IMG/VR virus record: IMGVR_UViG_3300022738_000050
Coordinates: 1-35,397 of that record
Direction: 5' to 3' (one strand)
From: a virus
Taxonomy: Duplodnaviria; Caudoviricetes
Length of the DNA stretch: 35,397 bases
The notes under the pieces were generated by a model. The model did not search any database and was not told the origin of the DNA. It worked only from the letters and a program-made list of their open reading frames with translations. This document shows positions 7,294-14,937 of the stretch, in pieces. Position 1 is the first letter of the stretch. The number at the start of each line of letters is the position of its first letter. Both the position numbers and the translations under genes were made by a program.

Positions 7294-7830
7294 ATGAATC
7301 TAGCGAATCGCGGGATGGCGTTTGAAATGTTGATCGAATATTGCAACACCCAGTATGAGGCTAGGAAGATCGCGCTTATCAACAAACGGCCCACACCTGT
7401 CAAAATCACGTCCGTAAAGGGAAATCGTGTGAGCGGTCGGCTTACAACTCCTTCGACGGTCGACTATGACGGCCATTACAAGCAACGCGGAATTGCTTTC
7501 GAAGCAAAATCGGTTTCCAATGGAGTGCGATTCCCATTTTCCAATCTGGAACCGCACCAGTTCGATTATTTGTCCCGGGCGCATTATATCGGCGGAGCTG
7601 TGAGTTTCCTGCTCGTCGAGTATCAATCCGCCAGACGGACGTTTCTGCTTCCGTATCCTTCGCTCGAAAGACTGTGGCGATTGCAATCGTCGGCAGTCCG
7701 CGGAAGCAAGAGCATCTATATCGCGGACATGGAGCGGGAGGGTTTCGAGGTGAAACCGGGGCGCGGTGTTCCGCTGGATTATTTGGCAGTCGTTGATTCC
7801 GTTTGGGGGCTACTGAACGGAAAGGAATAG
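7294..7830 (+). CDS. recU: RecU-family Holliday junction resolvase
   Basis: ANRGMAFE, KRPTPVK, STVDYDG, FEAKS and HQ motifs. Confidence 0.93.
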   Translation: MNLANRGMAFEMLIEYCNTQYEARKIALINKRPTPVKITSVKGNRVSGRLTTPSTVDYDGHYKQRGIAFEAKSVSNGVRFPFSNLEPHQFDYLSRAHYIGGAVSFLLVEYQSARRTFLLPYPSLERLWRLQSSAVRGSKSIYIADMEREGFEVKPGRGVPLDYLAVVDSVWGLLNGKE

Positions 7831-7857
7831 ATTCAATAAATAGGAGGAGCGATCCCA

Positions 7858-8958
7858 ATGCACTTACGCATTCATAAGTCCAACTTGCTAGAGCCGCTTA
7901 TCCAAGTCAATCACGCAATCAACGGAAAAAACCCCAGCCTGGCAATGACTGGTATTCTCTTGAGCTTGAGTAAAGCGGGGTTGCGTCTCGTCGGCTCGGA
8001 CGTCGGCCATACCATTGTTCGTACTATCCCGGAGGAGGATATGCAGATCGTCCGTCTCGGATCAATCGTCCTACCCGCCAAAAAATTGATAGAAATTATC
8101 AAAACTATGCCCTCCGAGGAGATCACGATCGACCTTAAAGGGGTGGAGGCCCATATATCAGTCGGCAAAATCAAACTCAAGCTATCCGGCATTAACTCCG
8201 AGCAGTACACGTTCAGACCGGCTAAGGGGGAAGCTACTTTCAAGATTTCGGGCGCGAAGCTTGGGGAATTGGTCAGGAGAACGAGTTTTGCAGCAGAGGC
8301 GCAAGACAATATGCCCATACTCGGAGGTATCCGCATCAAGCGGGAATTTGAAGGGATATCATTCTCCAGTTGTGATAAACGAAAAATGGCGATCATTCCA
8401 CAAGAAGCGGAAATCGAACAGGATTTCCAAGTGGCTATTAATGCAACGCAGTTAAGTAAGTCGAAATCGCTGTTCTCGGATGAGGAAGAAGTGACCTTCT
8501 CGTTCGCTGGAAACCGGACGATTCTGTCTTCGGAATCCTCCACCGTCTATTTTTCTAATTTGGAGGGGACGTATCCGAAAATCGAAAATTCTATAGAGAT
8601 TCAAGGCAAGGCCTCGTTTTGGGTCAATAAATCGGAAATGGCCGATGCGGCTGCCCGCATCAAAATAATTGGGGACGGTACCGCGAAAAACATGCTAATA
8701 GACGCGTCACCGGACGTAATCACCATTTTAGGCAAAGGTGAAGCGGGACGAATCCAAGAGTCGATCGAACCTGGGGAGTTTACCGGGGAAAATACGAGGA
8801 TATGCCTTGACGCGGTATTTTTGCTAGCCATTCTAGACGCGGTCGAAGGCTCGGAAGTCAAAATCCAGATCGGTAAGAACGTAACGATTACAAGCGATGC
8901 AGACAAGTCCGTCTTTATCATCGTGCCGAGAGTTTTCCGGGAGGGGGAGTGGGCATGA
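7858..8958 (+). CDS. dnaN: DNA polymerase III beta-clamp homologue (phage-encoded, divergent)
   Basis: 366 aa; TGILL, GSIVLPAKKLIEIIKTMP, PILGGI, LEGTYPK, C-terminal IIVPR. Confidence 0.9.
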   Translation: MHLRIHKSNLLEPLIQVNHAINGKNPSLAMTGILLSLSKAGLRLVGSDVGHTIVRTIPEEDMQIVRLGSIVLPAKKLIEIIKTMPSEEITIDLKGVEAHISVGKIKLKLSGINSEQYTFRPAKGEATFKISGAKLGELVRRTSFAAEAQDNMPILGGIRIKREFEGISFSSCDKRKMAIIPQEAEIEQDFQVAINATQLSKSKSLFSDEEEVTFSFAGNRTILSSESSTVYFSNLEGTYPKIENSIEIQGKASFWVNKSEMADAAARIKIIGDGTAKNMLIDASPDVITILGKGEAGRIQESIEPGEFTGENTRICLDAVFLLAILDAVEGSEVKIQIGKNVTITSDADKSVFIIVPRVFREGEWA

Positions 8959-9032
8959 GCCAGCAAGAACAATTCGAACAAATCGAAATGGTAATCGTAG
9001 ACGGAGAACTCGTCATCCCGGAGGCAGAATGA
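8955..9032 (+). CDS. 25-aa acidic micropeptide (MSQQEQFEQIEMVIVDGELVIPEAE)
   Basis: ATGA overlaps at both ends; GGGGGAG RBS. Confidence 0.55.
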   Translation: MSQQEQFEQIEMVIVDGELVIPEAE

Positions 9033-10105
9033 TCATACAAGGAGACTGCATGAAAATCATGCCGACGCTCCCGGCCGGTAAATTTTATACCAGTGTCAGC
9101 AGCCCGCCGTATTGGGGGCTTCGGGACTATGGGATCTCGCCGACGGATTGGCCGGAGATAACCTATACACCGATGCCGGGATTGCCACCGGTCACTGTCC
9201 CGGAATGGACGGGGTGTCTGGGACTAGAGCCGACGCCGATAATGTTCGTCGCCCATGTCGTCGCCGTATATCGTGAGGTTCGGCGAGTCTTGCGGGATGA
9301 CGGCACGATATGGATCAATTTCGGGGACTGCTACGCGACCGCCGCGAATTCTGGAATCAAGATCAAGGATCTTGTCGGCCAAGCATGGCGCGTAGCCTTC
9401 GCGCTCCAGGCGGACGGATGGTACCTCAGAAGCGACGTTATTTGGGCTAAAACCAATCCGATGCCGGAGAGTGTGAGCGACCGCCCTACTAAAGCACACG
9501 AATATATATTTCTACTCAGCAAGTCGCCCCGATACTACTACGATGCCGAAGCGATCAAGGAACCAGGCGTACAAGACGAATGGGCAAACGGGTTTAGGGG
9601 CGGGAGCTACGTACATGGTGAAACTTACGATAATCAGTCCGGTGGCCACCGAAAGCAAAGCGGAAATTTCAGGATTCCCACAGGATGGGATACGGAAGTG
9701 GGATCGCACGGAACGATTCACCGCAAGGGACGAAGCAAGTCACATTCCTTTGCACGAGCCGTAAGCGAAAGTCCGCCGCCGGGGCAAGCGTCGCAACATA
9801 GGCCGGAGCGGGAAGACATCAATTACAACGGCATGCGAAATAAGCGAAGTGTATGGCCCGTCGCAACGCAGCCATTCCCAGAAGCCCACTTCGCCACGTT
9901 TCCGGAGAAGTTAATCGAACCATGCATACTCGCCGGCGCTCCGGTTGGTGGCGAAGTCCTAGATCCGTTCGGAGGTAGCGGGACCACTTACAAGGTCGCC
10001 ATCGAACAAGGGCGCGTACCGACCATTATCGAGATCGGACCTCAGTATGTGGAGATTGCCGAGTGCCGGACGGCGACGCTGCAGCCTGTAATGCAATTTC
10101 AATAA
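9029..10105 (+). CDS. Orphan N4-cytosine/N6-adenine DNA methyltransferase (beta class)
   Basis: SSPPYWG (motif IV), HFATFPEKL, VLDPFGGSGTT (motif I); start ATG 9029 with GGAGG RBS. Confidence 0.93.
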   Translation: MIIQGDCMKIMPTLPAGKFYTSVSSPPYWGLRDYGISPTDWPEITYTPMPGLPPVTVPEWTGCLGLEPTPIMFVAHVVAVYREVRRVLRDDGTIWINFGDCYATAANSGIKIKDLVGQAWRVAFALQADGWYLRSDVIWAKTNPMPESVSDRPTKAHEYIFLLSKSPRYYYDAEAIKEPGVQDEWANGFRGGSYVHGETYDNQSGGHRKQSGNFRIPTGWDTEVGSHGTIHRKGRSKSHSFARAVSESPPPGQASQHRPEREDINYNGMRNKRSVWPVATQPFPEAHFATFPEKLIEPCILAGAPVGGEVLDPFGGSGTTYKVAIEQGRVPTIIEIGPQYVEIAECRTATLQPVMQFQ

Positions 10106-10123
10106 TAAGGAGTGAATAGCTAG

Positions 10124-10585
10124 ATGAAAGCCATAACCATCCATCAACCATGGGCGACGCTGATCGCCCTTGGAGAAAAACGATTCGAGACTCGCGGATG
10201 GCCTACGAAGCACCGGGGCCCTATCGCGATCCACGCCGGGAAGAAAATAGACGAGCTCGCATTCTGCGATTGGCCGATATGTGAAACCCTGCGGAAACAC
10301 GGAATCGTTCACCTTGCTGATTTACCGACTGGAAAGATCGTTGCTACGGCCAACATGACGGAATGCTGGCGGGTGATTGGGATCGCAGACGTTCCAGTTA
10401 AAGAAACGAGCGTTTTAAGTTCAGGCAATAGAATGTTCGGAATAACCCCTGCGACGGAAGAATATCAGTTCGGAGATTTTTCCGAAGGCCGTTATGCCTG
10501 GGAACTGACCGATGTTCAACCTTTGCCAGTGCCGCTCCCGGCTAAGGGACAACAAGGGTTTTGGAACTGGACGGAGGAGAGATAG
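10124..10585 (+). CDS. ASCH domain protein
   Basis: MKAITIHQPWA...GEKRFETRGW...HRGPIAIHAG...KGQQGFWNW. Confidence 0.92.
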   Translation: MKAITIHQPWATLIALGEKRFETRGWPTKHRGPIAIHAGKKIDELAFCDWPICETLRKHGIVHLADLPTGKIVATANMTECWRVIGIADVPVKETSVLSSGNRMFGITPATEEYQFGDFSEGRYAWELTDVQPLPVPLPAKGQQGFWNWTEER

Positions 10586-10588
10586 GAC

Positions 10589-10840
10589 GTGGCAACGGTC
10601 AAATGGGCAACGTCAATCCCTAAACCATCCAAGGCGATTAAAGCGGAAATAGATCATTGGTGGATGGCCGCTAGGATTTATCAAAACGAGATGGATGTAA
10701 TCGAGGAGTATTTCCCCCACCGGGGCCGATACCGTGAAATATGGACTGATTACTGGAAAAAGCATTGTCATGCCCTTCTGATGGCGCAGACGCTACACGC
10801 CGAGTTAAGCGTCGCTGAGCACCGCGAAGACTTGCACTAA
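10589..10840 (+). CDS. 83-aa hypothetical protein
   Basis: Operon position, GTG start. Confidence 0.65.
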   Translation: MATVKWATSIPKPSKAIKAEIDHWWMAARIYQNEMDVIEEYFPHRGRYREIWTDYWKKHCHALLMAQTLHAELSVAEHREDLH

Positions 10841-10879
10841 CGACCCATTAAGTGCAGGAAGGAGATGCCTACAGAAAAC

Positions 10880-10905
10880 AAAAAATAGCCCTATTGTCGA
10901 AGGGC
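10880..10905 (-). terminator. Terminator of minus-strand zinc-ribbon gene
   Basis: GCCCT/AGGGC stem, with T-run on the minus strand. Confidence 0.55.
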
Positions 10906-10915
10906 CATAGTTTTT

Positions 10916-11020
10916 TCAATCAAATTCGTAACCACAGTCGGTGCACTTAATAATAACATCATCCTCGGTTTTTTCAATCTCTAAAGTTTTTTTGTCGCAA
11001 GCAGGACAGTATTCTGCCAT
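10916..11020 (-). CDS. 34-aa zinc-ribbon microprotein (MAEYCPACDKKTLEIEKTEDDVIIKCTDCGYEFD)
   Basis: CxxC...CxxC; GGAGGTG RBS 7 nt upstream; own terminator; absent from the ORF track. Confidence 0.8.
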   Translation of the reverse strand: MAEYCPACDKKTLEIEKTEDDVIIKCTDCGYEFD

Positions 11021-11156
11021 TCAGCATCACCTCCATATTTGGTGATAAATATATTCGACAAAGGATTCCAAATCCCTCCATTTTTGTAGATTGGACTAAT
11101 AATAAAGTATGGAAGTTGCTGCGTAGTTCGAAGATTTAGCAAAGGAGAGATAACCA

Positions 11157-11519
11157 ATGACAGGATATATGGCAAGAGGATTCTTGCCGGGCATGGCTCA
11201 ACTGGTGAATATTATGACCAATAAAGGTGCGGATACCGCGGACAAGCTGGCAATCATCAATTCCATAGAAATCATAGATTACGACGCCGACGGATCTGCC
11301 TTATATTATGCGTTTGTGGCGAATAACCCGGAAAACCGCGAAAAGCTGATGAAAATCGGCGTGGTATTTCAGGCGATTGTTGATATGACCGCGAATGACG
11401 GGGGAAGCATCGATATTAGCGGTTTCGGATTCAGTCACGCGGGGGCCCAATGGTTTAATCCCGAGCTCGGCGGGTGGATCGACTACGTTCCGGGCGTCGG
11501 AACGGGTGACAGGCCATAA
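11157..11519 (+). CDS. 120-aa hypothetical protein
   Basis: AAAGGAG RBS, ATG. Confidence 0.7.
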   Translation: MTGYMARGFLPGMAQLVNIMTNKGADTADKLAIINSIEIIDYDADGSALYYAFVANNPENREKLMKIGVVFQAIVDMTANDGGSIDISGFGFSHAGAQWFNPELGGWIDYVPGVGTGDRP

Positions 11520-11725
11520 CCAGCGGGTTATATACGATAATCCTTAATGATGTGGAGCAAGGGACCATCTATCTGCTGAATATCCATAAGTACATGGATG
11601 ACTTTTTCGTCGATGTGGACTACGACGTAAACAAGAGGAAGAAGACCATCCATATTTTTGCCTCGCCGGAAGAGATGAAGGCAATCGAATTATACCGGTA
11701 TCAGCGTTACGGTACAGGGAATTAA
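11516..11725 (+). pseudogene. 69-codon ORF beginning at ATA (possible lost ATGA overlap start)
   Basis: Open frame xTSGLYTIILNDVEQGTIYLLNIHKYMDDFFVDVDY...GTGN fills the gap exactly; ATAA overlaps the upstream stop. Confidence 0.5.
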
Positions 11726-11744
11726 ATAGGGAAGCGGGAGGGAA

Positions 11745-12149
11745 ATGCCGGTGATCATTATCGAATCATATCAAGATTTGGTAGGAGAAATAGAGCTGCT
11801 GGAATGGCTGCACGAGGATCTGATCCGACAGCTCCAACGAAACGAAAGAGACGTATGGGGCCACGTTGTTTATCTACCAAAGGCGCTTGCACAATACGAT
11901 AGCATTATCGAGCGTATGGCATCGATCGAACGGGAACTCGATTCGAAGCGGAATCTAAAGAGGAGAATGGATGACCGTTTGGGAAGCCTCGGAGGGATCG
12001 AGTATAGCGTATTCTTTAAACAGCGCATTGAGGGAAAGCAGCTTCAACAGGTAGCCGATGAGCTGAACTGTTCGTACAGTTACGTGACGAAAATCAGCAG
12101 CCGAATAAATAATGAAACAAAAGTGAAAGACGCCGTTGCAAAATCGTGA
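11745..12149 (+). CDS. Late transcriptional regulator (RinA/ArpU-like, sigma region-4 HTH)
   Basis: Coiled coil followed by EGKQLQQVADELNCSYSYVTKISSRI; last gene before packaging module. Confidence 0.8.
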   Translation: MPVIIIESYQDLVGEIELLEWLHEDLIRQLQRNERDVWGHVVYLPKALAQYDSIIERMASIERELDSKRNLKRRMDDRLGSLGGIEYSVFFKQRIEGKQLQQVADELNCSYSYVTKISSRINNETKVKDAVAKS

Positions 12150-12188
12150 TATTATCACATCGTGGAAACATATAAAAAAACGAGCTAC

Positions 12189-12219
12189 AGAGGTTGTCCG
12201 AATCCGGACGGCCTCTTTT
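12189..12219 (+). terminator. Intrinsic terminator before the packaging genes
   Basis: AGAGGTTGTCCG-AATC-CGGACGGCCTCT stem followed by TTTGCGTTT. Confidence 0.65.
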
Positions 12220-12270
12220 GCGTTTGATTCCAAAGCGAGGTGGTGGTATGAACACAGTCCAACCGAGCCT

Positions 12271-12316
12271 GGGTCCTTCCCGGGGTGGGGGTAGAGTGCG
12301 GGTCCGCGTGAGCCCG
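12271..12316 (+). other. Candidate cos site (cosQ-like GGGTCCT + CGGG-N10-CCCG)
   Basis: Lambda cosQ heptamer about 22 bp before a GC-rich dyad, directly upstream of terS. Confidence 0.6.
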
Positions 12317-12377
12317 AAATCTCACCGAGTTTTAAATTTTTTGCACAGTGTGCATTGTGCATTTGGGAGGGGGAATT

Positions 12378-12905
12378 TTGGCCGAAAATACGAAGACGAA
12401 AATGATCGACGGAGCCTTATGCATCAACACTTCCGGGCTTTGCGACATACTCAATATACACCGCAATACGCTTGCACAGTGGACGAAGGCCGGTATGCCG
12501 AAGCGGGCGAACGGCTGGTTTTCCCTCCGGGATGCCTTTTCCTGGGTGATGGAGAACCGAGGCGTGAAGAAGAAGGCGGACAGCGAAGAGGACATGACGC
12601 TTGCCCAACAAAAGCTCTATTACGAAGCCGAGCTGAAGAAGCAGCAAGCTGAAAAAGAAACGCTGAAAAATGAAATCGCCAAGGGTGAATTCATCCGGCG
12701 CGAGGATGTTGTGGGCGAGCTTCAACGGTTTTTGATTTCGCTTCGCCGATCGATGACAGGCTTCAGCCGGAAGATCGCCGTTGAGATTGCGCCGTATGTG
12801 GACCCCGACCAAGTTCGGGTGATTGAACAGAACATTGCGGATACCACGAACGCGGCGCTGCTGCAGTTGTCCGTCCGGGGTGTGTACGATGCGAAAAAAT
12901 CATGA
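12378..12905 (+). CDS. terS: Terminase small subunit (Nu1-like)
   Basis: N-terminal wHTH (LCDILNIHRNTLAQWTKAGMP), coiled coil, GEFIRREDV; TTG start after GGAGG. Confidence 0.88.
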   Translation: MAENTKTKMIDGALCINTSGLCDILNIHRNTLAQWTKAGMPKRANGWFSLRDAFSWVMENRGVKKKADSEEDMTLAQQKLYYEAELKKQQAEKETLKNEIAKGEFIRREDVVGELQRFLISLRRSMTGFSRKIAVEIAPYVDPDQVRVIEQNIADTTNAALLQLSVRGVYDAKKS

Positions 12906-14706
12906 GTGGCCGGAGTGGATCTCCGCCGCGCTCCAAGTCTTAAAGCCGCCTGAAAAATTGACGGTATCGGAATGGGCGGATCGCTTTCGGATTCTCGACA
13001 GCAAAACGTCTGCGGAGCCTGGCCCCTGGTCAACGGATCGCACGCCGTACTTGCGCGGGATCATGGATGCATTTACAGACGCCCGGATCGAAGAGATTGT
13101 ATTCGTCAAACCGACGCAAGTCGGCGGGACCGAAGCACTGAACAATATGTTTGGCTACGTCGTCGCGCAAGACCCGAACCCGGCACTTGTCGTTTATCCG
13201 ATGCTTGACCTTGCCGAATATACGTCGAAGAACCGCTTGCAGCCGATGGTGAAACTAAGCCCGGCCCTCAGCGAACGCTACCGGGATGAAGACAGTAAAG
13301 TGCTGGAGCTGCAATTCGACGGGATGTACGCCGTTGTCGCAGGAGCGAACAGCCCAGCTTCACTGTCCAGCAGAGCCATTCGTTACTTGTTCATGGATGA
13401 AGTGGACAAATATCCGAAGAACGCAGGAAAGGAAGCAGACCCGCGCTCGCTTGCGCGTGAACGGACGAAGACGTTCCCGTTTAACAAGAAAATTGTGCAA
13501 ACGTCAACGCCAACACTAAAGCACGGTCCCATCTGGCAGGCTTGGGAGAACGTCGATGTCCAGCTTTGGTATAACGCCCCCTGTCCGCATTGCGGCCGGT
13601 TTCATACGTTCAAGTTCAAACAGATCAAATTCGACAGCGCACTCCCGGCCGAAAAGGTCAGGTCTACCGCTTATTACGAATGCGAAAGCTGCCAAGGCGT
13701 TATACGCGACGCCCATAAGCCGCAGATGCTGCGAGCGGGCGAATGGCGGACGGCCGACGGCAAAACAATCCGGGGAAACAAAACCGGATTCCACCTAAAC
13801 GCCATTTACAGTCCATGGGTTCGCTTCGGCGATGTCGCCTATGAGTTCTTGACGACCAAGAAAAATCCGGACGAGCTGATGAACTTTATCAATAGCTGGC
13901 TGGCGGAGCCTTGGGAACAGACTCAGGTCAAGCTCAACAGCGATAAGGTCTTGGAAAGGACAAGCGGATACGAGGAAGGCGTTGTGCCGGACAGAGCGCT
14001 GCTGCTGACGGCAGGCGTAGACGTGCAGAAAGATCGAATGTATTACACCATTCGCGCCTGGGGCGAAGGGATGACCAGTCAGAATATTCGGCACGGCGTC
14101 GCGGAAACGTGGACGCAAATCGAAGATGTCATGAATATTTCCTACCAGTCTCGCGACGGCGACGAGTTTTTCGTTAATCTTTGCGCGATAGACTCCGGCT
14201 ACAATGCCGACGATACGTATGATTTTTGTGCGAAAAATGTGGAGTGGGCCGTCGCGGTGAAAGGCTCCAGCACGCCATTGCCCGCGAAATATCGCTTAAC
14301 CAAGATCGACCGCGAAGAACGCGGTCTGTTTGGCATATCGCTCTACATGGTCGACGGAGCATACTTCAAGGACTTTATTGCGGGGCGGCTGAACCGAAAA
14401 CCGGATGAGCCCGGCGGGTGGTTTGTATACGAGGGCTGCGATCAGGACTATGCCGAACAGATCACGGCGGAACAAAAGGTGAAGGAGCGACGCAACGGGC
14501 GGGATATCGAGGTCTGGAAACCGAAGACGGCTCACGCAGACAATCATTACTTGGACTGCGAAGTATATGCCGCCTTTGCGGCGGATTGCTTGGGCATCCG
14601 GTACATGAGATATGGCGATTCCGAGCCGAAGCCGGTGACAAGCTTCGCCCCCGTCAAAAAACCGGCGAAAAGCACGTGGGTACAAGGAGGTGGGACCTGG
14701 TTATGA
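12889..14706 (+). CDS. terL: Terminase large subunit, lambda GpA family
   Basis: TPYLRGIMD, KPTQVGGTE, LFMDEVDKY, STPT, CPHC/CESC, AGVDVQ, IDSGY, NHYLDCEVY. Confidence 0.96.
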   Translation: MRKNHEWPEWISAALQVLKPPEKLTVSEWADRFRILDSKTSAEPGPWSTDRTPYLRGIMDAFTDARIEEIVFVKPTQVGGTEALNNMFGYVVAQDPNPALVVYPMLDLAEYTSKNRLQPMVKLSPALSERYRDEDSKVLELQFDGMYAVVAGANSPASLSSRAIRYLFMDEVDKYPKNAGKEADPRSLARERTKTFPFNKKIVQTSTPTLKHGPIWQAWENVDVQLWYNAPCPHCGRFHTFKFKQIKFDSALPAEKVRSTAYYECESCQGVIRDAHKPQMLRAGEWRTADGKTIRGNKTGFHLNAIYSPWVRFGDVAYEFLTTKKNPDELMNFINSWLAEPWEQTQVKLNSDKVLERTSGYEEGVVPDRALLLTAGVDVQKDRMYYTIRAWGEGMTSQNIRHGVAETWTQIEDVMNISYQSRDGDEFFVNLCAIDSGYNADDTYDFCAKNVEWAVAVKGSSTPLPAKYRLTKIDREERGLFGISLYMVDGAYFKDFIAGRLNRKPDEPGGWFVYEGCDQDYAEQITAEQKVKERRNGRDIEVWKPKTAHADNHYLDCEVYAAFAADCLGIRYMRYGDSEPKPVTSFAPVKKPAKSTWVQGGGTWL

Positions 14707-14930
14707 CGAAAGAAGAACGATTGGCATCGCTGCAAGAGCAATTAGCCGAAGTGCGCAAAGCCATAAGCGCGATTCTAAACGGGGCGCAGGAGTACCGAAT
14801 CGGCAGCCGCAGCCTGAAACGGCCGGATTTAGGACGGCTGTACGAGGAACGTTCGCGGCTTGAAAGAGAAATTCAAGTCTTGGAAGACGGCGGCGGGATC
14901 TTCCGACTCGCGTACTTTGAAGGGAGGTGA
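14703..14930 (+). CDS. gpW-like head-tail joining protein
   Basis: GAQEYRIGSRSLKRPDL motif; between terL and portal. Confidence 0.8.
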   Translation: MTKEERLASLQEQLAEVRKAISAILNGAQEYRIGSRSLKRPDLGRLYEERSRLEREIQVLEDGGGIFRLAYFEGR

Positions 14931-14937
14931 GTAAAAA

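Noticed and set aside
9029-10105. Restriction-modification system
   Set aside because: No cognate endonuclease; a typical orphan phage methyltransferase
6061-11259. 19/20-nt match GGA(A/C)AAGCTGGCAATCATCA at 6061 and 11240
   Set aside because: Isolated match inside two coding regions (KLAII) with no flanking similarity; cannot be distinguished from chance
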